Source: Bacteroidales bacterium
Lineage (GTDB): Bacteria > Bacteroidota > Bacteroidia > Bacteroidales > ML635J-15
DNA: 64,000 nucleotides
Reading direction: 5' to 3'
Assembly (NCBI GenBank): GCA_017551515.1
Contig: JAFZLK010000038.1
Location: 16,064-80,063, forward strand
Made by a program: the position numbers and the translations under genes. Of this stretch, positions 10,301 to 16,916 are shown piece after piece. The notes below the pieces were generated by a model. The model was not told where the DNA came from and did not search any database. It was given only the letters and a program-made list of their open reading frames with translations. Position 1 is the first letter of the stretch. Each line of letters starts with the position of its first letter.

Positions 10301-11813
10301 CTGCTATTGCCGAGTTTGAAAATTCACCGACTGTGAAGACTTCGCCACCGACTGTATATTCGTATGCAACCGCCAGAACTTGGTCGGCGTTCAACTTCGA
10401 GTTGAGGGAGATATAACCCAACTGAGCATTAAGCGTATATTCGGATGGATTAAGTTTACGAGCCGACTCTATCTTCTCAAAATCCGTTCCGCCCGACATC
10501 TGCAAGCCCAGCAATGTACTACTAACCATATTTATATCCCTAATTTCGGGATAATCTAAGGCAATATTACCGAGAATATTCACATCGTTGTATGGCGGAA
10601 TCGTAGTGTTGTTATGCAGCGAACTGCTCACATACAACGATTGTATGTCATTATAGTTCGATTCGCCCAAGTCGGTGAGAGCTACAATGTTTCGAGCATC
10701 GGTATAGTTGCCGGTCTTGTTGGTAACCCACACCTCGATTCTGTTTATCGTCACGCCCCCAGTTATCACAGGCAGACTTGCCATTGCACGATCATAATTC
10801 TCCTTGAAGTAATGCGACAAGAAGAAGTGCTTGTTCTCCTCGTAGTTGTCGGCCTTGATCTCAAATTCTTTTGTCGTGCTTCCGCCTTCGACATTAATTG
10901 TTGATGTTTCGCTCTTTTTCTGAGACAACAAACCCGTAAGTGTCAATTTTCCGAATTTCAGTTCGGTCTTAACACCGAAAAGGCTTTGGCTTCCTTGAAT
11001 AAGAGTTCCTGTAAGAGGAAGCGACACATTACCAGCCTCTATTTTCTGAATTATGTCGTCGTCGTCACCTGTATATTCAAGCTTTACATTGTTCTCGAAA
11101 TCGAAAGATGCCTCGGTATCATACGAGATGTTGACTTTCATCTTTGTACCTATCTGCCCGACAACATTCATCTGTATTTTCTCGTCGAAATCTAGGTTTA
11201 TCTGTCGCTGTTGTTTTGAATCTAACGCTGGATTATCCGTACGTGTATATTCCAATCCGAGAGTAAGTTCCGCCGACCCCTGTGGCTTTATGTCGATTAT
11301 ATTTCCGCCAAATATTCTGTCGAAAATTTCACCGCCAACTTCTAGTTTTGGGATGAACGTACTGTTTATTTCCTGATTCTGCTCACGGTTCATCTTTGCC
11401 TTCTGATGCCAGTAGGAGTTCATCGCCTTCTCAAAATTGTAGTTCACATAATCGTCGAAAGGCATATTATAGGGCGTACCGATTGGCATACCGTCAACAT
11501 TTTTCTGAAAGTTATAGCTGTCGGTTTCAGGGTCGTATTCAACCGATGTGCTCACATTTGATGGATCGGTTCCATATAATGGACTATTGTCAGTATTGTC
11601 GGAAGGATTGACATTTTCTTTTGGCAAGGGGAACTTTGCATTACCTTCGGTCTTGGTGGTATCGTCGTCGGGACCGGGAAGCTCCGAAAATGCATCCAAC
11701 GACGGATAACGGTTACGACTTCCGTTTCTTGCATTAGAAGGCACAAAAGCCACGACCATCATCGCAGCCATAAGTCCACCGACAAAAGTATATTTTAAAA
11801 TTCTACCGAACAA
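4347..11813 (-). CDS. sprA: T9SS outer-membrane translocon SprA/Sov
   Basis: 2488 aa with an N-terminal signal-like segment and beta-rich composition throughout. The size and the ruvA-sprA neighbourhood match my recollection of SprA/Sov loci. The most upstream start is TTG at 11813, 9 nt after the ruvA stop. The first in-frame ATG is 14 codons further in. Confidence 0.85.
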   Translation of the reverse strand: MFGRILKYTFVGGLMAAMMVVAFVPSNARNGSRNRYPSLDAFSELPGPDDDTTKTEGNAKFPLPKENVNPSDNTDNSPLYGTDPSNVSTSVEYDPETDSYNFQKNVDGMPIGTPYNMPFDDYVNYNFEKAMNSYWHQKAKMNREQNQEINSTFIPKLEVGGEIFDRIFGGNIIDIKPQGSAELTLGLEYTRTDNPALDSKQQRQINLDFDEKIQMNVVGQIGTKMKVNISYDTEASFDFENNVKLEYTGDDDDIIQKIEAGNVSLPLTGTLIQGSQSLFGVKTELKFGKLTLTGLLSQKKSETSTINVEGGSTTKEFEIKADNYEENKHFFLSHYFKENYDRAMASLPVITGGVTINRIEVWVTNKTGNYTDARNIVALTDLGESNYNDIQSLYVSSSLHNNTTIPPYNDVNILGNIALDYPEIRDINMVSSTLLGLQMSGGTDFEKIESARKLNPSEYTLNAQLGYISLNSKLNADQVLAVAYEYTVGGEVFTVGEFSNSAIAAPQTLVVKLIKGSSFTPSKKNWDLMMKNIYNIGAYQITRDDFTLDILYTNDKTGTDLTYIPAGAIDNIQLLRVLGLDNLNTQNDPYPDGMFDYVENFTISSSGGRIIFPVREPFGSYLYEKITGGNSSLANVASGYVFPELYDSTKSKAQQLAEKNKFKLKGRYKSTSSSEISLNAINVPQGSVSVTAGSALLVENVDYTVDYNLGRVKILNQGILEAGTPISINLESNSVGTMQTKVLTGLHANYDFSNNFNVGATILHLKEKPMTPKVNIGEEPLSNTIWGANLSYRTDVPFLTKAIDFLPLLQTKEMSTVTFNAEFAQLIPGHSKVIGKEGAAYIDDFESSKITNDIKSYVSWSIASTPNDSVLFPESSKINDLDYGKNRARLSWFVVDQTLHESSSPISIEDRSSHYTRLVYEKELFPNRESESANLEKNIAPLNVVFYPNEKGPYNYDVAGMNSLGLLENPRKRWGGIQRQLTTTDFEDANIEYIEFWMMDPFVEDSLNSGGDLYFNLGDVSEDILKDGRKSFEQGLPAPSLQNPVDTTVWGLVPSSQALVSAFDNDAEIRFAQDVGLDGLSSENEVTFFSEYLEQVRNMFGESSEAYQMALADPSSDNFHHYKGSDYDEQGLNILQRYKYFNSLEGNSIPREYQTETYITNATTTPDVEDINRDNTLSESENFFQYRVSIRPQDLVVGQNFIADKTTVSVTLANDESSQVTWYQFKIPISEYSKRVGSISDFKSIRFMRMFMTNFDTTTCLRFGTLDLVRGEWRKYDDSFMQPGEYVVNELENTSFDVSAVNIEENASRRPVNYVLPPGVTREQNTMNPQLQQLNEQAMTIKVLDLADGDARAVYKNVYLDVRKYLRMQMFVHAESVVGKDEIKDGDVSVFVRLGTDYKNNYYEFEVPLKVTPEGYYSGDDVESPDRYLVWPEENDINIVFEELTTVKENRNELIRQGNQNVGLTKLYYEMNDRGKISVMGNPNLSNVQTIMIGVRNPKQVSLNGSDDGLPKSAEIWVNELRLTNFNEKAGWAATARATAKLADFGTVTLSGTTKKPGFGALNSTIKERLTEEINQYDFSSSFEFGKFFPERFNVRIPLYVAVSENVSNPEYDPLSPDVLLKNTLKNPDLPKEYKDSIKHLSQDYVKRTSVNLTNVKVNGKQGQKPHVYNLSNWSLSYGYNNVFQRDPNTIFRTNITHTASIFYNYNATPKVVEPFKNVKLFNKKAFKIIKDFNFYYVPSQISFRTNLNRQYGETQIRNVYDPSYTLPISVIKDFTIIRQYDLKYNFSKNLKFEYTATNNARIDEPEGRLFKGDPDYEQKMDSIWKNFKTFGRNTSFYQQWSASYTLPINKIPIFDWISASVRYQGSYNWTAGAITADTLNIGNVVQNSNTMSANTQFNLLNLYNKVKYLKDVNNKYRGRASSKKKETETVTYDEDINKLSAGKKKVINHKLKTKNVTIKVTDDKGRPINADMQVIDDNKLSFTVEKDVENVKVKVTGKRDKKDSVAKKIFDNILVVLMSVKNVSANVSETNGTLLPGYMGKTKLIGMSKYTPDEEMFGVQPSVIAPTFPFVIGWQVNNFGEWACEHNLVTKDTSSIQAYTQTHSRNWNFRASLEPVRDLKIDLSMLHNYSENQTKYYRYMVDPATGVGEFRGLNPSMTGTFSMSTITIKSAFEKFKSENYVSETFSQFSENRIIIAERLAKERSDYNASDLDEDGFPSGFGRTSQDVLIPAFFAAYTGQDPNKVKLGTIPGLWSALPNWQVVYDGLSKIPKLKKVFRSVSLKHSYRSTYNIGSFQTRLANEYDPDESGLNQIRDQLNNFYSRYVINGISISEQLSPLISFDMMLVNSMSIKVEVKKTRNLTMSFSNNQLTEVKNNELIIGAGYRFKDVALTISVGGRKRDLKSDLNLRFDFSARKQITMIRKLEEAQDQPTSGNIQYTFKLSADYVLSNRFNVSLFYDQSINNPIVGTSFKTVNAKVGIMMRFTLAT

Positions 11814-11822
11814 AGTTCAATT

Positions 11823-12410
11823 CTACAAATAGTTCAACGACAACTTGATAACGGTTTCGAGAGAAGCATCTGGCTTTTCCTTCAGCACCTTGTCAAGCAC
11901 TTTTTCTACTGCCGCCTTCGCAAAGCCGAGAGTAGTTAAAGTTAATAACGCATCTTTCTTGATTGTATTGTTTGAATCGGCAAAAATTTCTGCATTTTCT
12001 ATTTCGCCCGACAAATTTATCTTGTCCTTAAGGTCGAGAATGATGCGCTGAGCGGTCTTAGCACCTATACCTTTCACGCTTTTCAACTTTACAAGATTTT
12101 CGCTGAGGATAGCATTGGTAAGTTCCTGAGGCGTAAGCGAAGACAATATCAGTCGTGCTGTGTTTGGTCCGACTCCGTTCACGGTTATTAACTGACGGAA
12201 AAGTTCGCGCTCAATTTTTGTTGTAAATCCAAACAACAAATGAGCATCTTCCCTAACAACCTGATGCAAAAAAATTTGTGTCTGCTCATCCTGTCTCAAT
12301 GCAGAATAGGATGTCAGGCTTATATTTACAAAGTAGCCTATGCCGTTGACCTCAATCACAGCGTATGCCGGATTAAGTTCTGCAACAAGCCCCTTTACAT
12401 ATTCATACAT
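11823..12410 (-). CDS. ruvA: Holliday junction branch migration complex subunit RuvA
   Basis: 195 aa. Contains MYEYVKG..IEVNGIGY, FGF...ERELF..LI.VNGVGP..A and VKGIGAKTAQRIILDLKDK (HhH motifs). Confidence 0.92.
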   Translation of the reverse strand: MYEYVKGLVAELNPAYAVIEVNGIGYFVNISLTSYSALRQDEQTQIFLHQVVREDAHLLFGFTTKIERELFRQLITVNGVGPNTARLILSSLTPQELTNAILSENLVKLKSVKGIGAKTAQRIILDLKDKINLSGEIENAEIFADSNNTIKKDALLTLTTLGFAKAAVEKVLDKVLKEKPDASLETVIKLSLNYL

Positions 12411-12810
12411 AGTTATCTTAAAATAAAATTAGGCGCAAAATTAATATTTTAATTGATATTATCCAATGGATAATGGATAAATAACAATGAACAATGGATT
12501 ATGGATTAATAGTGGGCGAATGTTTTTTCAAAATAATGTTTATATTTTGTTGATTTTAAATGAAATGCATCTGGTTTTTTATGGCGACGATTTCAAATGA
12601 TGTATTGCTTGAAATTTAAAGGCAATGAATAAAGACGCAAGTCCGGAATAAGAAAGAATTTTGCTATTTCATAGTATTGAATCATAATTGATTGTAATTT
12701 TTCGTACACTAAATAAACTTTTTGTTTATTTTCTGTACGAGATATTGCATCAACAGTAAAATTTTTGAAAGAAAATTGAAAAATATTCCATTTAGTTCAA
12801 AGAATTTTGC

Positions 12811-12818
12811 TATTTTTG
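12811..12818 (+). promoter_or_regulatory. -7 box for abiEi-abiEii (near-leaderless)
   Basis: TATTTTTG ends 4 nt before the ATG at 12823. Confidence 0.4.
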
Positions 12819-12822
12819 CAGC

Positions 12823-13467
12823 ATGAATAATTTGTACGCGAGAGATATAATAAATTTTGGAAATGTCCCGATAGGCATTTCTGCTTTTGAATCGGTAATG
12901 CCGGATTACAATTTCATTCAGAACAAGATATGTTCGATGGAGCATAACGGGCAGTTGATTCGTCTTAGGAAAGGTCTGTATGTACAGCCACCGTCGGTTA
13001 CAGGGAAGGTTATTTCGCTTGAACTTGTGGCTAATCACATATATTCACCGTCGTATGTTACAGGTTTGTATGCACTTAGGTATTATGGATTAATCCCCGA
13101 ACTTGTATATACTGTGACTTCTGCAACAACCGGACTTTCAAAGAAGTTTGTAAATAAACTTGGAACATTTGAATATCGCAGGTTTGCAAGCGATTATTAC
13201 CATATTGGAATTAGGATTCAGGATGGTGATGGCTATTCGTTTCTTATTGCATCGCCCGAAAAAGCATTATGTGACCTTATATGTATGACTTCGCACTTGA
13301 ATCTGCGTTATATGCGAGAAACAATGACTTATCTTGAAGAGGATTTGCGTTTTGATATGGATGCCTTTTTCGGTATGGATAAGAGCGTTTTCGAACAATG
13401 TGCGCAAGTTGGCGCTAAAAAAACAATGATTGAAACTTTAATCAAACTTATAGAAAGAAATGGATGA
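12823..13467 (+). CDS. abiEi: AbiEi-family antitoxin/transcriptional regulator (type IV TA)
   Basis: 214 aa. GQLIRLRKGLYV is the typical AbiEi N-domain motif. The gene overlaps the downstream AbiEii gene by 8 nt. Confidence 0.7.
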   Translation: MNNLYARDIINFGNVPIGISAFESVMPDYNFIQNKICSMEHNGQLIRLRKGLYVQPPSVTGKVISLELVANHIYSPSYVTGLYALRYYGLIPELVYTVTSATTGLSKKFVNKLGTFEYRRFASDYYHIGIRIQDGDGYSFLIASPEKALCDLICMTSHLNLRYMRETMTYLEEDLRFDMDAFFGMDKSVFEQCAQVGAKKTMIETLIKLIERNG

Positions 13468-14296
13468 CATTTTTAACCAGATGCTGTCTGTGTATGAAAT
13501 AAATACGGATACCGACAGGCGCAATGCGACCTTTGAAGTAATGCAGCAGATTATACTTGCAGGATTGCATCAGGGTGGATTTTTTGACAAGGCTGCTTTT
13601 TATGGTGGTACTTGCCTTAGAATTTTCTATGGACTGCAAAGATTTTCGGAAGATATGGATTTTTCATTGGTAAAAAAAGATGAGAAATTTAAGATAGAAG
13701 ATTATTTTGATTCGATAATAAAGGTTTTCGAATCCATTGGTCGCAAGGTTGTTATCACTAAGAAGGACAAAAAGACATTTGACCGAGTTGAGTCGGCATT
13801 TCTGAAGGATGACACACAGTCGTACGATGTAGCATTTCAGACTGAAAAAAGCATAAAAATAAAGATTGAAGTTGACACAAATCCGCCATTAAAGTTTGAC
13901 ACAGAAGAAAAACTTCTTATGAAACCATATTCGTTTATGACAAGGTGTTTTTCTCTTCCCGACCTTTACGCTGGCAAGATGCATGCATTGGTTTTTCGTA
14001 ATTGGAAATCAAGGCTTAAAGGTCGCGATTGGTATGATTTTGAGTGGTATATAAGAAATGATGTGCCATTGGACTTTGCACATTTGCAGGAAAGAATCAG
14101 GGAATTTAGCGGAGAAGAAATGTCGCGCGATAAGTTTATGGAAAAACTCAAGGAGCGTCTTGCTACAGCAGATATGAAATCTGTGCTCGAAGATGTAACA
14201 AGATTTGTTAGAAATCCAAACGAGTTGAAAATATGGTCGAACGACTATTTTTTGGAACTAGCAAAAAAAATTCGCTTCAAGGAGGCAACCGTTTAA
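13460..14296 (+). CDS. abiEii: AbiEii/AbiGii-family nucleotidyltransferase toxin (DUF1814)
   Basis: 278 aa. FYGGTCLRIFYGLQRFSEDMDFSL is the NTase G..S/D.D motif region typical of DUF1814. Further support comes from GRDWYDF and the 8-nt overlap with the upstream AbiEi-like gene. Confidence 0.8.
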   Translation: MDDIFNQMLSVYEINTDTDRRNATFEVMQQIILAGLHQGGFFDKAAFYGGTCLRIFYGLQRFSEDMDFSLVKKDEKFKIEDYFDSIIKVFESIGRKVVITKKDKKTFDRVESAFLKDDTQSYDVAFQTEKSIKIKIEVDTNPPLKFDTEEKLLMKPYSFMTRCFSLPDLYAGKMHALVFRNWKSRLKGRDWYDFEWYIRNDVPLDFAHLQERIREFSGEEMSRDKFMEKLKERLATADMKSVLEDVTRFVRNPNELKIWSNDYFLELAKKIRFKEATV

Positions 14297-14319
14297 AATT
14301 ATCTGCGTTTATTGGGTGT

Positions 14320-14904
14320 ATGCGAAAGGAAAAGTTGGACATAAACAATGCCGACGATGCAATGAAAATCGTGGAGGGCTGTGTAAAGAACGACAGGCAA
14401 TGCCAGCAAATTCTTTACAACCAGACATTTACAAAAATGATTGGTGCCTGCCTTCGCTACTCGTCAAACTACGACGAAGCAATGGATTTCGTGCAGGATG
14501 GCTACATTAAGGTGTTCAACAAGATAGGAAACTATCAGCCTACAGGTTCTTTGGTATCGTGGATTAAGCATGTTATTGTCAACAATCTGATTGACTCTTT
14601 GCGCAGGTCGAAGCAACAGTTTGCCGAAATCGAGGAGGAACGCACCGACTATACCGACGACAGCGATGAGGAATTGGAGCGCATAGCGCAAAACGACAAG
14701 AATGCGGAGCGGATAGTGGAACTTCTGCAAAAGTTGACACCTGCGTACAGAATGGTGTTCAACATGTTTGTGGTAGAAGAACTTTCGCATCAAGAAATTG
14801 CCGATAGGTTGGGCATTTCGGTGGGAACATCGAAGTCGAACCTAGCAAAGGCAAAAATGAGATTGAAACAGATGTTTATAGATAAATACGGTGAAGATGA
14901 GTAA
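14320..14904 (+). CDS. ECF-type RNA polymerase sigma-70 factor
   Basis: Region 2 (DFVQDGYIKVF...SWIKHVIVNNLIDSLRR) and region 4 (YRMVFNMFVVEELSHQEIADRLGISVGTSKSNLAKAKMRLK) are present. I chose the ATG at 14320 because the ORF-track start at 14233 overlaps abiEii by 64 nt. Confidence 0.85.
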   Translation: MRKEKLDINNADDAMKIVEGCVKNDRQCQQILYNQTFTKMIGACLRYSSNYDEAMDFVQDGYIKVFNKIGNYQPTGSLVSWIKHVIVNNLIDSLRRSKQQFAEIEEERTDYTDDSDEELERIAQNDKNAERIVELLQKLTPAYRMVFNMFVVEELSHQEIADRLGISVGTSKSNLAKAKMRLKQMFIDKYGEDE

Positions 14905-16144
14905 TTTAAAGAAAATATTATCCGAATACGAGGGTGAATTTAACCCCAACGGCTGGGCGCAACTCGAAAAGCGTCTGCCCAAGCCGACATTTATGCAGAG
15001 GTTCGGCAAATTTATTGTCGGCGGAGCTGCAGGTGCACTGGTTATTGCTGGAGTACTTGTGGCTGTGCTGTGGAATAATGATGATGAAAAAACATTACCC
15101 GATGAACCTATTGCACAAGCAGAAATATCAGATGCCGTACAGAATGACAATGGCGATGAAAATGTTATTTCTGTTACCGACCCGACCGCTATACCAAATA
15201 CAGAAATTTCGGCAACCAAGCAAGCTACAACTACTATAGAAGTCGCAGAGACCAAAAACACGGAAATTGCAGAAATGAATATTGTAACTTCTGAATCGGT
15301 GTCGCAGACAGAACCTTCAGCAAGCAACGAAAAGCAAGATGTTGCATCAAAAAGTCAGGATAATCAACCCAAGCAAGCGCCTAAAACAATTTCAGAACCA
15401 TCGTTCTCGGTGTCGTGCGACAAGCGCTGTACGCCTGCTATTGCAAAGTTCTCTGCTGTAGGTGTTGAAGCCGACTGCGAAGTTGTGTGGGACTTTGGCA
15501 ACGGAAAGCAGGGCAATGGCAACAATGCTACCTGCGAATATCGCAAAAAAGGAACATTTACACCATCGGCATCGCTGTATCGTGGTGGAAAATTGCAGAA
15601 AAAGACAACTCTTAATGCAATTACAATTGGCGAAACACCGGTCGTTGATTTTTCGTGGAGATCAACCGACAACACCTATACATTTTATACAGGCAGGACG
15701 GTAGATTTGGCGTACAAGTGGGAAATTGACGGCAAGTCGTTCACCGACAAGTCGGTTGAGCATGAATTTGTCCGCAGTGGCGACTATCCTATAAAACTTG
15801 TTTTGACCGATGGCGAATGTTCGGCTGAAGCCACAAAGTCAGTAAAGGTGGTTATTTCGCATGTGTATTTTGTGCCAAATGCCTTCACCCCCGATTCGGA
15901 TGGTGTTAATTCGACATTCGGACCGATAGGAGAGGATCTAAATTTCAAGACATATAGTTTTGGTATAACTAATTCGAGGGGAGATGCAGTCTTTACATCC
16001 ACCGACCCTGCAGTACAATGGAACGGCAAAATCAACAATGTCGGTCCTGATGTAGAATCCGGGGTTTACTACTGGATAATCAAGACGGTTGACCGTTATG
16101 GCAACAGCCAGACACGGAAAGGCACAGTAAACGTAATGAGGTAG
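14897..16144 (+). CDS. Membrane-anchored PKD-domain protein with a T9SS type-B (gliding-motility/CHU_C) C-terminal domain; positioned like an anti-sigma partner
   Basis: The ATG at 14897 overlaps the sigma-factor stop (ATGAGTAA). There is a single TM segment ([21 protein letters not shown]) after ~35 cytoplasmic residues. A WDFGNG PKD motif is present. The C-terminus [16 protein letters not shown]...WNGK...GVYYWIIK...KGTVNVMR matches the type-B CTD pattern. Confidence 0.75.
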   Translation: MSNLKKILSEYEGEFNPNGWAQLEKRLPKPTFMQRFGKFIVGGAAGALVIAGVLVAVLWNNDDEKTLPDEPIAQAEISDAVQNDNGDENVISVTDPTAIPNTEISATKQATTTIEVAETKNTEIAEMNIVTSESVSQTEPSASNEKQDVASKSQDNQPKQAPKTISEPSFSVSCDKRCTPAIAKFSAVGVEADCEVVWDFGNGKQGNGNNATCEYRKKGTFTPSASLYRGGKLQKKTTLNAITIGETPVVDFSWRSTDNTYTFYTGRTVDLAYKWEIDGKSFTDKSVEHEFVRSGDYPIKLVLTDGECSAEATKSVKVVISHVYFVPNAFTPDSDGVNSTFGPIGEDLNFKTYSFGITNSRGDAVFTSTDPAVQWNGKINNVGPDVESGVYYWIIKTVDRYGNSQTRKGTVNVMR

Positions 16145-16162
16145 AGTATTATGATTTTGCAG

Positions 16163-16196
16163 AAGGTCGCTGGTGGGAATTGGCGACCTTTTGTTG
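16163..16196 (+). terminator. Terminator of the sigma-factor/PKD-protein operon
   Basis: AAGGTCGC tggtgggaattg GCGACCTT is a perfect 8-bp stem followed by TTGTTG. Confidence 0.6.
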
Positions 16197-16281
16197 TCGG
16201 AGACAATGCAAGTATTTACATAAAATATATTTGCATAGTTACCAATATTTAGTAATTTTGTGGCGAAAATATATCATCAAT

Positions 16282-16527
16282 ATGAAAACGACATCAGTAG
16301 CTTTAGGCGATTATTTTGAGAATTTTGTAAGCACTACGATACAGAGTGGCAGGTACAATAATGCAAGCGAGATGATACGAGCTGGTTTGCGGCTTTTAGA
16401 GGAAAATGAAAAACGCTTGCAGAACTTGAAGATTGCTATTTCTGAAGGTGAAAATAGTGGCGTTGCAACTGATTTTGATGCCAACAACCACTTGAAAGAA
16501 CTAAAATCGAAAAGGCACAATGGCTAA
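16282..16527 (+). CDS. parD: ParD-family type II antitoxin
   Basis: 81 aa from the ATG at 16282. [11 protein letters not shown]...[20 protein letters not shown] is the ParD/COG3609 signature. The gene overlaps the toxin gene by 8 nt. Confidence 0.8.
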   Translation: MKTTSVALGDYFENFVSTTIQSGRYNNASEMIRAGLRLLEENEKRLQNLKIAISEGENSGVATDFDANNHLKELKSKRHNG

Positions 16528-16822
16528 GTGGCATTTGACAAATCGTGCTGTTGGCGATTTGGATTCCATTTGGGAATATACAGCGGAAGTATGGTCGGAG
16601 CTGCAAGCCGATACTTATTATGGTGAATTGATTGCAGAAATCGGTCATATTGCAAACAATAAATTTATTTTCGACAGAGAATATTCGGAAGTAAAAGAAG
16701 GTTTGCTTTGCCATCATTATAGAAAGCATTTAATTTTCTATCAAAAATATGATAATGACGATATTCTGGTAATTAGAATTTTACACGAAAGAATGGATTT
16801 GCCGTCTAAATTAACAGATTAG
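16520..16822 (+). CDS. ParE/RelE-family type II toxin
   Basis: 100 aa. Contains [10 protein letters not shown] and [24 protein letters not shown], a typical ParE C-terminal region. Confidence 0.8.
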   Translation: MAKWHLTNRAVGDLDSIWEYTAEVWSELQADTYYGELIAEIGHIANNKFIFDREYSEVKEGLLCHHYRKHLIFYQKYDNDDILVIRILHERMDLPSKLTD

Positions 16823-16886
16823 ATAGTTATGCCAGAAATTGTCCCTTGCCAATCTAAAATCGTAAATCTAAAATCTAAAATTGAAT

Positions 16887-16894
16887 TATCTTTG
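16887..16894 (+). promoter_or_regulatory. -7 box for gltX
   Basis: TATCTTTG lies 22 nt upstream of the ATG. Confidence 0.45.
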
Positions 16895-16916
16895 CACCAC
16901 AAAATTTTAAAACATT

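Noticed and set aside
14233-14319. The upstream ATG giving a 223-aa version of the ECF sigma factor.
   Set aside because: It would overlap abiEii by 64 nt, and the extra 29 residues are not sigma-like. The ATG at 14320 gives a normal region-2 spacing.
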